NCBI GenBank assembly: GCA_001871435.1
Contig: MNVC01000019.1
Coordinates: 218-64,217, forward strand
Direction: 5' to 3'
DNA from: Candidatus Magasanikbacteria bacterium CG1_02_32_51
GTDB lineage: Bacteria > Patescibacteriota > Patescibacteriia > Magasanikbacterales > UBA922
DNA: 64,000 nt
Shown: positions 29,096-39,161 of the stretch, piece by piece
How the letters are laid out: each line of letters starts with the position of its first letter
Position numbering within the stretch: position 1 is the first letter of the stretch
Notes under the pieces: generated by a model
The model's input: the letters and a program-made list of their open reading frames with translations, nothing else
The model's database searches: none
What the model was told of the DNA's origin: nothing
Made by a program: the position numbers and the translations under genes

Positions 29096-30844
29096 TCAAA
29101 CCATAAATCCACCAACTTGGATATTCCACAAATTACTATAAACTCCTTTTTTATTTTTTAATAGTTCTCTGTGTTTGCCTTGTTCAATAATTCTACCACT
29201 ATTTATTACTAAGATTCTATCTGAATGCATAATAGTAGAAAGTCTATGGGCAATGATAATTACAGTTTTACCTTTCATTAGATTTTCCAAAGCTTCCTTT
29301 ATCAATTTTTCTGATCTTGAATCAAGACTAGAAGTTGCTTCATCTAATATAAGAATTGAAGAATTCTTGAGTATTGCCCTAGCAATTGCAACTCTTTGTC
29401 TTTCACCACCAGAAAGCTTAATTCCTCTTTCACCAACAAAAGTTTCATAACCTTCTGGAGCATCAATTATAAAATCATGAGCATTGGCCAATTTGGCTGC
29501 TTCCACAACTTCTACATCTGTTGCGTCCGGTTTGGCATAGCGAATATTTTCCATAATACTTCTGTGAAAAAGAATTGGATCTTGTGGTACAAGACTAATA
29601 TTATCCCAGAGACTTTCTTGAGTTATTTTAGCAATATTTTGTCCATCAACCAAAATTTTACCACCAGAGACGTCATGCTGACGTAATAATAATTTTATAA
29701 TTGTTGACTTCCCTGCTCCTGAAGGTCCTACCAAAGCTATCTTTTCATTTGGTTTTATAGCCAAATTCATTTTGTTGACTACTTCTCTAGTTTTGTTGTA
29801 AGCAAAACTAACATTAATAAATTCTATTTTACCTTGAGTTACTTGTAATTTTTTAGCATTTTTTACATCTTTTATTTCAAAAGGGGTGTCAAAAATTTCG
29901 GTCATTTCTTCAGCATCAGCCAGTGATTCATAAAAATCACGAATAATACGACCAAAACTCCAAAGTTTTTGAATAATCATTATTAAGTAAGATTGAATAA
30001 GAATAAAATCTCCAATAGTCAATTGACCCTGTGACCAAAGTTTTACAGTATAAAGCATAATAACCAGCTCTAAAATTACCATCAAAAACCACTGAAAACT
30101 TTCAAAAACAGAGCCCAAATTCCAAGAAAATTTTCTCATCTTGGTAAGTTCTTCTGTCTTGTTAGCAAAACCAATACATTCTCTATTATAACCAACCAAT
30201 AGCTTTACATTTGCGTTGTTGGTTACAGAATCTGCCAAAAAAGCTGTTGTTTCTGAATCAAGTTGACTTCTTTTATAATCATATTTCAATTTGTATCTAC
30301 TAAAAATATAATTGGAAATCATAAAGAAAAATACCCAAACAAAAACTATAATTGCTAAAAACTTGTTTCGAAAAGCAAGAACAACACAAATTAGAGTAAT
30401 ATTCAAAATGATTGGTATAAAATCCCAGACTATTCTATCAGAAATTCTATCAAAAGCTTGATAAAATCTATTTACTTTTTTGACAAGAGAGCCAACAAAA
30501 TTATTGTTGAAAAAAGAAAATGAATGTTTTTGTAAATTTACAAAACAAGTATTAGCCAAATCTCTCAACATATTGGCTGAAAATCGTATATAAACAAATT
30601 GCATGATACGTATAAAAAACCAATGCACCAGATTGATTCCTAAAATGATAAATAAAGTAGTGTATAGTATTTCTACTGCAGGATTGGTAGTAATCAAATC
30701 AAAAAACTTTTTATACCAGTAAGGCGCAATTACTGCAAAAATGTCTCCTATCAAAAGAGACACAAACACAACAATAAGACTCCATTTATACTTTATGGCG
30801 TGTTTTAGAAAAATTTTCAAAGTTAATTTTGTGTTGTACTTCAT
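29096..30844 (-). CDS. ABC exporter, fused transmembrane and ATPase domains (MsbA-like)
   Basis: Six N-terminal TM helices; Walker A GPSGAGKST; signature LSGGERQRVAIARA; Walker B ILILDEATS. Confidence 0.85.
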   Translation of the reverse strand: MKYNTKLTLKIFLKHAIKYKWSLIVVFVSLLIGDIFAVIAPYWYKKFFDLITTNPAVEILYTTLFIILGINLVHWFFIRIMQFVYIRFSANMLRDLANTCFVNLQKHSFSFFNNNFVGSLVKKVNRFYQAFDRISDRIVWDFIPIILNITLICVVLAFRNKFLAIIVFVWVFFFMISNYIFSRYKLKYDYKRSQLDSETTAFLADSVTNNANVKLLVGYNRECIGFANKTEELTKMRKFSWNLGSVFESFQWFLMVILELVIMLYTVKLWSQGQLTIGDFILIQSYLIMIIQKLWSFGRIIRDFYESLADAEEMTEIFDTPFEIKDVKNAKKLQVTQGKIEFINVSFAYNKTREVVNKMNLAIKPNEKIALVGPSGAGKSTIIKLLLRQHDVSGGKILVDGQNIAKITQESLWDNISLVPQDPILFHRSIMENIRYAKPDATDVEVVEAAKLANAHDFIIDAPEGYETFVGERGIKLSGGERQRVAIARAILKNSSILILDEATSSLDSRSEKLIKEALENLMKGKTVIIIAHRLSTIMHSDRILVINSGRIIEQGKHRELLKNKKGVYSNLWNIQVGGFMV

Positions 30845-31169
30845 AGTATAAATTATGTTGATTTGAACCTATCTTGTAAGCAAAATACCCGCCTTATTGA
30901 CGGGACACTATACAATATAAGACGTAAAATTAGCCAAAATGTTACAGTAGAGTCTTATTTAACTATTTTTTAGGATAAAAAATATGATAAAATTGTCTAA
31001 TTTTTCAAACATAATATCTCTTTGTCATCACCTAAATATTCTATTTAGAAATATAAGATAAAAACAAAAATAATCTCAAACAAAATTTTTATTGAAAAAA
31101 TAAAAACTTTGGTTGAGTGGGAAGGCATTTTCTCCTTTGTAAATGCTTATTCCCAACCCCCCTTGTTGT

Positions 31170-31571
31170 TCAGTTCTTAGACACAGGCTTGTACGAGGAG
31201 TGATGATGGACGATTTTCCACTCATCCTCAGCCATTCTCTTGGCAAGGAAAGTGAAGCGAGCTTCTACAACCAGTTGTCCATCGTGGGTGGAAAAATCGT
31301 AGAACCCAGCGAGGAGAACAATCTCTTCACCAAACTCCTGAACGACCAATTCTCTAATAATTCCTCGCGGACTACTAGGCATGAAGTCCTCCTGGAAGTA
31401 CTCCAAGGCACCACTCACACCCCTCTTGAGATCACCCGACATAGTTGGTAGAAAAGTGGCATCATCCGCGTACAACGCGGCGATGACATTTGGTTCATCA
31501 CTATGTAAGGCCTCAAGCCATTTATCTAGGTACTTGTGCATTTTGCCACCTTTCTCAGAAGTAAATACCAA
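31170..31571 (-). CDS. NTF2-like/SnoaL-like small protein (DUF4440 or SgcJ/EcaC-type) on a GC-rich foreign-looking cassette
   Basis: 133 aa; about 50% GC coding sequence against a 28% GC genome; fold assigned from its pattern of hydrophobic and acidic residues. Confidence 0.5.
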   Translation of the reverse strand: MVFTSEKGGKMHKYLDKWLEALHSDEPNVIAALYADDATFLPTMSGDLKRGVSGALEYFQEDFMPSSPRGIIRELVVQEFGEEIVLLAGFYDFSTHDGQLVVEARFTFLAKRMAEDEWKIVHHHSSYKPVSKN

Positions 31572-31604
31572 GGATGGATTCCTTGAAAATTTCTGAGCAT
31601 GCGC

Positions 31605-31636
31605 ATTAGAATAATACTATAGCAATCCACTGTCAA
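31605..31636 (-). promoter_or_regulatory. near-consensus sigma70-type promoter (TTGACA-N17-TATTCT / N14-TATTAT) carried on the GC-rich cassette
   Basis: Minus-sense ttgacagtggattgctatagtattattct, about 35 nt upstream of the cassette gene's ATG. Confidence 0.4.
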
Positions 31637-31760
31637 CCACCAAACCCTTGACAAAGTAAAATTTAATGTTCTATTTTAAATTCATCTAGTACTAATGATG
31701 AAGTGTAATAAAAAACACTAATTTTTAAAAAATAGTGTTTTATATATAAACAATTTGAAT

Positions 31761-33329
31761 TTATAAATCATTTCCAGTATATGACAAATTAAAACTTTTA
31801 TTAATCAAAGGAAAATCAGGCACCACATTATGAACCCCTGCATGTCCAAGTAAAGACCAATTTATAAAGGAAGGATCACGTGGTGCGACTCTCTCAATAA
31901 TACCATCAGCATCTGTAGTAACAAAATAAAGTATCTCTCCACGCCAACCCTCGACTACACTTATAGCAACAGCATTTTTTTTGAACGGAGAAATATTTTT
32001 TGCACAAATAAGTCCATCGGGTAATATTTTTAGAGCGTCTTTAATAATTTTTATTGATGCATAGACTTCTTTGATGCGAACATAAAATCTAGCATATGCA
32101 TCCCCACTTTGTTCGATTGCAATTTTATCAAGTTCCAATTCATCATAAGCCGCATAAGGGAAATCAACTCGCGCGTCATCAGTGATACCAACTGCTTTTG
32201 CGACAATCCCTGTTGCACTATGTTCTATGATAGTCTCTAGTGACAATTCACCAGTACCTTTGAGACGATTTAGGAGTGATGAACTATTTTCAGCAATATG
32301 AATAATTTCATTAAAATCTTTTAGTATAGAAGTAAGCTCTTCGGATAATTTTTCCTTTTCTCTATTTTCTATGTCCTTGGAGATTCCACCACAAACATTG
32401 ATTCCACGCAAGAACCTGTTTCCTGTCAACCGCTCATTGATTTGCATAATCATTTCTCGTAACCGTGCGCTGTGTGCACCACCAAAATTAAATCCAGTAT
32501 CAAGCATCATGGCACCAATGTCGCCAAAATGATTGGCTAATCGTTCAAGTTCCGCATATATAACACGCAAATAAGTAGCTCGTTTCGGTGGTATGGTGTC
32601 TGATAGTTGTTCTAGAGCCTGACAAAATGCCAATGAATGACTAAATGAACTGTCTCCAGAGATTTTTTCAGAAAGACGGATTTTTTCATTAAGTGCCAAA
32701 GTTTCAAATAATTTTTCACTGCCTTTATGGGTAAATCCAAGACGAGATTCAAGTAAAACTATTTCTTCACCCGCAACGCTAAATCGAAAATGACCAGGTT
32801 CAATAATGCCGGCATGGATTGGACCAACTGGAATTTCATATATTCCTTCACCATCAACTTTTTGAAATTGATATGTTCCGCTTGCTTCTTGTGGTCTGTT
32901 ATTCCAATCAAAATCCTTTCGGAGTGGATAAATATCTGTTGGCCAATTCTCATGAAGAATAATCCCTCGTGAATCCTGATGACCAACTGGATCTAGTCCA
33001 AAAAATGTTTTGATTTTTCTTTCATAATTCCAGGCATTATGAATAAGAGGCGAAAGTGATGGAAATTGTTCAGTATTTTTTAATTCAATAAATGGGATAA
33101 TAAATCCATGTTCGTGAGGTATCCCAAAGACATACCAGATCTTAAAACATCCATTTTCTTTTCTCTCATCAGTTGCCGTAATGAATTTAAGTTGAAGATT
33201 TTTATTATTTCGTAAGTCAGAAGCGAATGCAAGTATATTGGAAACAGAAACTTCAAAAATAACAACATTTTCATAAATAGTTAATTTTTCCTTTCCAGAA
33301 AAATATTGTTTTATTTTTTCTATGTTCAT
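31761..33329 (-). CDS. fused NuoC-NuoD-like / group 4 [NiFe]-hydrogenase large-subunit homolog lacking all Ni-Fe-ligating cysteines
   Basis: PVGPIHAGIIEPGHFRF and LGFTHKGSEKLFE match large-subunit motifs. The N-terminal L1 position reads KISGDSSFSHSLAF (canonical RxCGxCxxxH) and the C-terminal reads RDPSFINWS (canonical DPCxxCxxH). Confidence 0.7.
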   Translation of the reverse strand: MNIEKIKQYFSGKEKLTIYENVVIFEVSVSNILAFASDLRNNKNLQLKFITATDERKENGCFKIWYVFGIPHEHGFIIPFIELKNTEQFPSLSPLIHNAWNYERKIKTFFGLDPVGHQDSRGIILHENWPTDIYPLRKDFDWNNRPQEASGTYQFQKVDGEGIYEIPVGPIHAGIIEPGHFRFSVAGEEIVLLESRLGFTHKGSEKLFETLALNEKIRLSEKISGDSSFSHSLAFCQALEQLSDTIPPKRATYLRVIYAELERLANHFGDIGAMMLDTGFNFGGAHSARLREMIMQINERLTGNRFLRGINVCGGISKDIENREKEKLSEELTSILKDFNEIIHIAENSSSLLNRLKGTGELSLETIIEHSATGIVAKAVGITDDARVDFPYAAYDELELDKIAIEQSGDAYARFYVRIKEVYASIKIIKDALKILPDGLICAKNISPFKKNAVAISVVEGWRGEILYFVTTDADGIIERVAPRDPSFINWSLLGHAGVHNVVPDFPLINKSFNLSYTGNDL

Positions 33330-33330
33330 A

Positions 33331-34776
33331 TTACTTATAGTATAAAGTGGCGTTATGGATTAATACCTGCAAAAATGGTGGCTGATAAAAACTCAAAACT
33401 AACACCAGAATAAGAAGTATTAGAGGAGGAAGAATGAGCCAAATACTTTCTTTTTCTTGTTTCATTTCAGACGGTTTTTCTCCAAAAACCATAGCAGAAG
33501 CGTGTTTAAAAAATCCAATAAAAACAATAGCAGTAAGCAAAATTGCCGTAATGCCAATGACTGGATGTGTAGTAATTCCGGCAGAAAAAGTAAACAATTT
33601 AGTAAGAAATATCCCAAAAGGCGGTGCGCCGGTAATAGCAAAAAATCCAATCAAAAATAATATACTGGTTATTGGTAATGCCTTGAGTGCACCTTTGACA
33701 TTAGCAATTTTTGCTGAATGATATTTGAGTAAAAAATTTCCTGACAAGAAAAAGAGAGCAGATTTAGTTAAAGAATGATAAATAGTATGAAGGATAGCTG
33801 CCATGACACCTAGCCCGCCAAACCCAAATCCAAGCGCAATAATTCCCATGTTTTCAATACTTGAATAGGCAAGCAAACGCTTGTAACTTTTTTGACTAAG
33901 AATAATGAGAGCGGAGATTAGAATTGAAAATGTACCAAAAACAATAAGCAAAGTCTGAGAAAAAGATTGACCAATCACAGAGTCAGTAATAATTTTAAAT
34001 TTTAAGACAATAACAAGTGCGACATTAAGTAATACTCCAGACAAAAGTGCGCTGATTGGTGCTGGGGCTTTGCTATGGGCATCAGGTAACCAGGTATGCA
34101 TCGGAGCAAGTCCAACTTTCGTTCCATAACCAATCAACACAAAAACAAAAGCTATTTTGGCAAGTAAGGGATCCATATGAATGGCATTTGTGGTGAGCAT
34201 ATGCCAACTAATAAACCCATTTCCAAGTGAGGGATCAATAGAAGTAAAATACAAAAGTGTACCAAAAAATCCCAACAGTAAACCGATAGAATTGATAATC
34301 AAGTATTTCCAAGCTGCCTCCATGGCTGAAGATTTGTTATAAAAACTAATAAGAAAAGCAGTGGAAAGTGTGGTTGCTTCAATAGCAATCCATGCAAAAA
34401 TTGGACTACTTGATGAAATAGCTAGAAACATTGCCCCTAAGAACAGATTAAGTAAAGTAAAATACTGTTTGACGCGGGTAAATCCGATAATATTATTAGC
34501 GGTTTCTTTTCTCAAATAAGGAATGGAATAAGCGACTGTGGCAAACCCGACACAGGAAATAATCAGCATCAATAAAGCACCAAGTGCATCAACGGAAAAA
34601 AATGCAAATGGAGAATAGTCTCCCGAGAGAGCAACCTTGAAAGCAACCACAAATGACTCTATAAGTGCAACTGCTGAGGCACTAATTGAAACACATTCAA
34701 CAGTAATACGATGTTTTGCTAGAATTGCGATCAAAGATGCGATCACTAATGATGAAATGATAATAATAAATTCCAT
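33331..34776 (-). CDS. NuoM/NuoN/MrpD-like proton-pumping antiporter subunit
   Basis: About 14 TM helices in a complex I antiporter-like pattern. Confidence 0.65.
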   Translation of the reverse strand: MEFIIIISSLVIASLIAILAKHRITVECVSISASAVALIESFVVAFKVALSGDYSPFAFFSVDALGALLMLIISCVGFATVAYSIPYLRKETANNIIGFTRVKQYFTLLNLFLGAMFLAISSSSPIFAWIAIEATTLSTAFLISFYNKSSAMEAAWKYLIINSIGLLLGFFGTLLYFTSIDPSLGNGFISWHMLTTNAIHMDPLLAKIAFVFVLIGYGTKVGLAPMHTWLPDAHSKAPAPISALLSGVLLNVALVIVLKFKIITDSVIGQSFSQTLLIVFGTFSILISALIILSQKSYKRLLAYSSIENMGIIALGFGFGGLGVMAAILHTIYHSLTKSALFFLSGNFLLKYHSAKIANVKGALKALPITSILFLIGFFAITGAPPFGIFLTKLFTFSAGITTHPVIGITAILLTAIVFIGFFKHASAMVFGEKPSEMKQEKESIWLILPPLILLILVLVLSFYQPPFLQVLIHNATLYYK

Positions 34777-34780
34777 AGTA

Positions 34781-35428
34781 TTAGTCTTTTAAATGTTTCA
34801 TGGTGCTGGTATCAAGCGATCCAAAATGTCGATAAATCATGGAAATAAAGACAGTAGAAATCACCAACCAAATAAAAATATCAAATATAATGCCAAATTG
34901 AAGCATAGGTGATTGTTCGAGGCCGGCAAAAATTGCAAAGGCAACGATACTATTTTCTAGAGAAAGAATTCCAACAGCTTGTGAAAGAGCGTCTTTACGG
35001 TTGATGACCAAGAAAAGAGAAATAAAAATTGCTGAAAGCGCAAGTGATAATAAGGCTTGATGAGCCGGAATAATATTCGTGAGAGATAAGAATTTTTGAG
35101 AGTGCGCAATGGCGGTAAATCCAGCAAGAACGATGAGTGTGAGTGGCAAATTCAAATAAGTACTTACTGAAAATGTTAATTTATGTTTTTGAATCAACCT
35201 GAAAAAAAATACTGACGCCAAAATAACTTTGATAACCAGTGTCACTAAAACTACAAAAAGAAGAAAAAAGCTATTTGTTTCTAAAAAAGAAGTAAACAAT
35301 ATCAATGTGATAATCAAAGATTGAATACTATACGCAATAACAGCTCCAAAATTTTTCTTTGCGAGATGCAAATAAAAAATAGATAAAAATAATATCCCAA
35401 GTAGAAACTGTAAGAAAAATATGTTCAT
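34781..35428 (-). CDS. HyfE-like small membrane subunit (NuoK-like repeats)
   Basis: 215 aa, multi-TM; GILSLENSIVAFAIFAGLE resembles NuoK/HyfE. Confidence 0.4.
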   Translation of the reverse strand: MNIFFLQFLLGILFLSIFYLHLAKKNFGAVIAYSIQSLIITLILFTSFLETNSFFLLFVVLVTLVIKVILASVFFFRLIQKHKLTFSVSTYLNLPLTLIVLAGFTAIAHSQKFLSLTNIIPAHQALLSLALSAIFISLFLVINRKDALSQAVGILSLENSIVAFAIFAGLEQSPMLQFGIIFDIFIWLVISTVFISMIYRHFGSLDTSTMKHLKD

Positions 35429-36390
35429 AGTATTTGCATTTGAATAAGACCGATTGCTAGTGCGCTCAAAATAAGAGAAGTAATTAATAAGTCAGGCAAT
35501 CTAAAAAATCTAAACTTGGCCATAGTAGATTCAATAATTCCGACTATAGCGCACAAAATAAATATTTTTATAAGAAGAATAATAATACCTATAACAATCG
35601 CTTGTGTATCAACACTATGGGCGATACCATAAGGGAAAAACAAATTTGCTCCTAAGGCTGCAAAAATAAAAAATTTATTGGCCGCCGCCCATTCCATTAA
35701 CGCCAATCTTTTACCTGAATATTCCAAAATCATCGCTTCATGAATCATAGTTAATTCTAAATGAGTCGCTGGATTATCAAAAGGGAATCTTCCTGTTTCA
35801 GCAAGTAACACAATAAAAAATCCAATAAAGGCTAATATCGTAGACAAAAAGAATTGAGTACTTAGTAACATTCCAGCGTTTGAAATTACAAAAAGATTAG
35901 TGGTGCCAATACTGAGCGCAGTCGTAAAAAGAGCTAGAATAAGACCTCCTTCAGCCAGCGCTGAAATAGTCATTTCTCGACTAGAGCCAAATCCACCAAA
36001 CGCGCTTCCTGTGTCCATGCCCGCAAGTGCTAGAAAAAATGTACCCAATGCAAGCGTATAGACAACGACTAAGAGATCACCAGTTAGTGTATTTTTTAAA
36101 AAAGAAGCAAAAAGTGGAATACTTGCTCCAATAACAATAGTGGTAGCAAAAATAATAAATGGCGCAAAACGAAAGACCCATGACGCGTCAGTACTTATTA
36201 CTTCATCTTTATGCAAAAGTTTCCATATGTCTTTGTATGGTTGAAAAATACTTGCTCCAACACGATTTTGAAGTTTCGCTTTTATTTTTTTTATGATGCC
36301 CATACACAATGGCGATAGTGCTGGCACACAGATGAGTTGTAATATCCAAATAAAAATCATCATATAGTTATTACGATAAAAATAGAGCAA
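35425..36390 (-). CDS. NuoH/HycD-like membrane subunit
   Basis: KAKLQNRVGASIFQPYKDIWKLLHKDE matches the NuoH N-terminal signature. Confidence 0.7.
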   Translation of the reverse strand: MLYFYRNNYMMIFIWILQLICVPALSPLCMGIIKKIKAKLQNRVGASIFQPYKDIWKLLHKDEVISTDASWVFRFAPFIIFATTIVIGASIPLFASFLKNTLTGDLLVVVYTLALGTFFLALAGMDTGSAFGGFGSSREMTISALAEGGLILALFTTALSIGTTNLFVISNAGMLLSTQFFLSTILAFIGFFIVLLAETGRFPFDNPATHLELTMIHEAMILEYSGKRLALMEWAAANKFFIFAALGANLFFPYGIAHSVDTQAIVIGIIILLIKIFILCAIVGIIESTMAKFRFFRLPDLLITSLILSALAIGLIQMQIL

Positions 36391-38416
36391 TTGCTACCGC
36401 GATTAAGATATAGAAAACATACATATTGATACTCCCACTTTGGATCGCTTTGGCACGCACTGATAGTGTGGTAATAAATTTATTGAGTGGTAGATAAAAA
36501 TATAATCGATAAATATCTCGTGTACGCAGTGTCACAGTTCTAGATTTTGGAAAATATCTTATTTTGGAATCACGATATTCAATTTCATTTTGAATACTTG
36601 GCCGAAGGATACCCGCAAAAATAAGAATAATTGAACGAGCAAACCCAGTAGCAGTAATTTCCATACGCGGTGTAAGATTAGTGCCACAGTCCCATGTCGC
36701 ACCGATTTTAGTTTTTTGATTTCTATTGATAACAAATTTGACGAGTAGTACGACAATGAACAGTGCAAGAATAAGGAAAACAATCAGTGCTAGAGCAGAG
36801 ACCGATCCAAAATTATTTGGTGCAATAAAATTAATTTTGGAAGATAAAATAGGTGGCAATGAAATATTGCGAAATACAGTGAGATGGGTACCAATATTTA
36901 TAAATAAAGATCCTAAATATCCTGAAAATATACCAAACAAAAGACAGCATAATGCTAGAGCTCCCATTCCTATAAGTTGTGAAAGTGAGGATTCTTTTGC
37001 ATGAGCTACTTCTGTGCTTCTTGGACGAGCCAAAAATGTCGCACCAAAAGCTTTTACAAAACAAGCTAAAGCAAGTCCACCCGTTATGGCCAGAGCGCCG
37101 GTTGCTAATACAAAAGTAGATTTTACAAGTATATTGACAGATGTCATTCCTTGTAAAAGTGTTTGAAAAGTCAACCACTCACTAAAAAAACCATTGAATG
37201 GTGGCAAGGCTGATATTGCCATAGAACCAACAAGAAAAAAGAATGCTGTTTGAGGCATATATTTAATCAATCCACCATATGCTTCCATGTTGCGTGTATG
37301 TGTTTGGTTGATAACTGATCCGGCACTCAAAAACAACAAGGACTTAAAGGTTGCATGATTGAGGGTGTGAAAAAGAGCAGCCCCAAGACCAAAAAGCGCA
37401 AGTAGTGTGTTACCAAGTGATATAAAAACAAGTGCACTACCAAACCCCAATAAAATAATTCCGATATTTTCAATACTATGATAGGCCAAAAGTTTTTTTA
37501 TATCGTGTTCAGTAAGCGCGTAGAGAACTCCAAGTAAAGCTGATAATGAACCAATAATCAGAATAGTAATTCCCCACCATAAAGGGATTGGTTGGAGTAT
37601 ATCCAAAAAAAGTCTAATCATCATATAAATTCCAGTTTTTATCATTACTCCAGACATAAGCGCTGAGACATGCGAAGGAGCTGCTGGATGAGCTACTGGA
37701 AGCCAAATATGAAATGGAATAATACCAGCTTTAGTTCCAAATCCAATAAGGGCTAAGATAAAGATAGTATTTTTGATAAATACAGGAATAGCAACGGCTT
37801 GGGCTTGGATTGATTCAAAATCAAAAGAGTTTGTAAATTTATACATGAGCAAAAATGCTAAGATTATAAAGGCGGTACCCACATGTGTCATAACGAGGTA
37901 GAGAAATCCTGCCTTGGTATTATTCACATCATTATGATCATACACAACGAGAAAATATGATGCGATAGACATTATTTCCCATGCAATCAAAAAGAAAAGT
38001 CCGTTTGAAGCTGTTACTACCATGAGCATACCTATGATGAATAAATGATAAAAAAATCCAAGTGCACTAATGCTATATTTTTTATAATAATGTTTGATAT
38101 ATCCAATTCCGTATAATGAACAAAAAAGAGTAATAAGAGAAATCACAAAAATAAAAAAGGCAGACAGCTGATCAATATGGAACGAAAAAGAAAGAAGCGG
38201 AAAAACTGATGAATAAGCCACAAAAGATAAATTACCAGTAAAAAAAGCACTTATCGAAAAAAATATTCCCCACAAAGAACCGATGATTGCAAAGAAACTC
38301 TGCCATCCATTTGCCAATTCGTCTTTTTTTCTAAAAAACAAAGATCCAATTGCTCCCAAAGAATACAGCAAAAGTAATAAAAAAAATCCTGACTCAGTTG
38401 TTAAAAGGTTTACCAT
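36371..38416 (-). CDS. NuoL/HyfB-like antiporter subunit (long)
   Basis: 681 aa with about 16-18 TM helices; MrpA/NuoL-type. Confidence 0.65.
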   Translation of the reverse strand: MVNLLTTESGFFLLLLLYSLGAIGSLFFRKKDELANGWQSFFAIIGSLWGIFFSISAFFTGNLSFVAYSSVFPLLSFSFHIDQLSAFFIFVISLITLFCSLYGIGYIKHYYKKYSISALGFFYHLFIIGMLMVVTASNGLFFLIAWEIMSIASYFLVVYDHNDVNNTKAGFLYLVMTHVGTAFIILAFLLMYKFTNSFDFESIQAQAVAIPVFIKNTIFILALIGFGTKAGIIPFHIWLPVAHPAAPSHVSALMSGVMIKTGIYMMIRLFLDILQPIPLWWGITILIIGSLSALLGVLYALTEHDIKKLLAYHSIENIGIILLGFGSALVFISLGNTLLALFGLGAALFHTLNHATFKSLLFLSAGSVINQTHTRNMEAYGGLIKYMPQTAFFFLVGSMAISALPPFNGFFSEWLTFQTLLQGMTSVNILVKSTFVLATGALAITGGLALACFVKAFGATFLARPRSTEVAHAKESSLSQLIGMGALALCCLLFGIFSGYLGSLFINIGTHLTVFRNISLPPILSSKINFIAPNNFGSVSALALIVFLILALFIVVLLVKFVINRNQKTKIGATWDCGTNLTPRMEITATGFARSIILIFAGILRPSIQNEIEYRDSKIRYFPKSRTVTLRTRDIYRLYFYLPLNKFITTLSVRAKAIQSGSINMYVFYILIAVAIALFLS

Positions 38417-38417
38417 A

Positions 38418-38960
38418 TTATTTTAATTTTGTTTGTTTGCTATCCACCGTCTCAAGAATATTAAGAAGACCATAGAGAATCATTTTTGGTGATGGTGGAT
38501 CTCCAGGGATGCAATAGTTCACGGGCACTACAGTCTCAACTCCATCTAATACTGCATATGAACCCTTATATATACCACCATTTATTGCATCATCACCGAC
38601 TGCGACGACAATTTTTGGATCAGGTGTTGCCTCATAGGCACTTTGTACAGCTTTCGCCATATTTCGTGTCATTGGTCCAGTTATCAAAAGCATATCAGCA
38701 TGTCTTGGTGAGGCAACAAAATGAATACCAAAACGTTCAATATCATAAAAACTATTGGACAATGCAACCATTTCTTGTTCGCACGCGTTATCAGATCCAG
38801 CATCAATCTGTCTAATAGCTAAAGATCCTTTAAATAACTTCTTTACTTTATCTTGTATTTTTTCACCAATTTCAATAAAATCCATTGATATAAAATCCTT
38901 TTTAGATAAGGAAATTACATTATTGGGTGTTTTAAATATTTTTAAAAAAAATTTAAACAT
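38418..38960 (-). CDS. NuoB/HycG-like small-subunit homolog retaining at most 2 of the 4 [4Fe-4S]-ligating cysteines
   Basis: ASPRHADMLLITGPMT is the NuoB signature. Canonical CCxxE reads NACEQE, GxCxxxGG reads GDDAINGG (no Cys), and CPP reads CIPGDPP. Confidence 0.7.
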   Translation of the reverse strand: MFKFFLKIFKTPNNVISLSKKDFISMDFIEIGEKIQDKVKKLFKGSLAIRQIDAGSDNACEQEMVALSNSFYDIERFGIHFVASPRHADMLLITGPMTRNMAKAVQSAYEATPDPKIVVAVGDDAINGGIYKGSYAVLDGVETVVPVNYCIPGDPPSPKMILYGLLNILETVDSKQTKLK

Positions 38961-39161
38961 ATAAATAAATTTATCTTTTTAATTCCGGTAAAACTAGAGA
39001 ATAATAAACCATGTCTTTTTATAAAAAATTAACTTATTTAAAGATATTTAAATTATATAATATGACATATTTTCTCACTAAACTCAATAAATGTCAATAT
39101 TAAGATATACATGCTAAAAACCTATTATTATAATCAAAAAAAATAGTTTTTATATTTATAT

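Noticed and set aside
31143-31451. 102-aa plus-strand ORF within the GC-rich cassette
   Set aside because: It lies antisense to the NTF2-like gene. GC-rich DNA yields long spurious ORFs, and it has no recognisable motifs.
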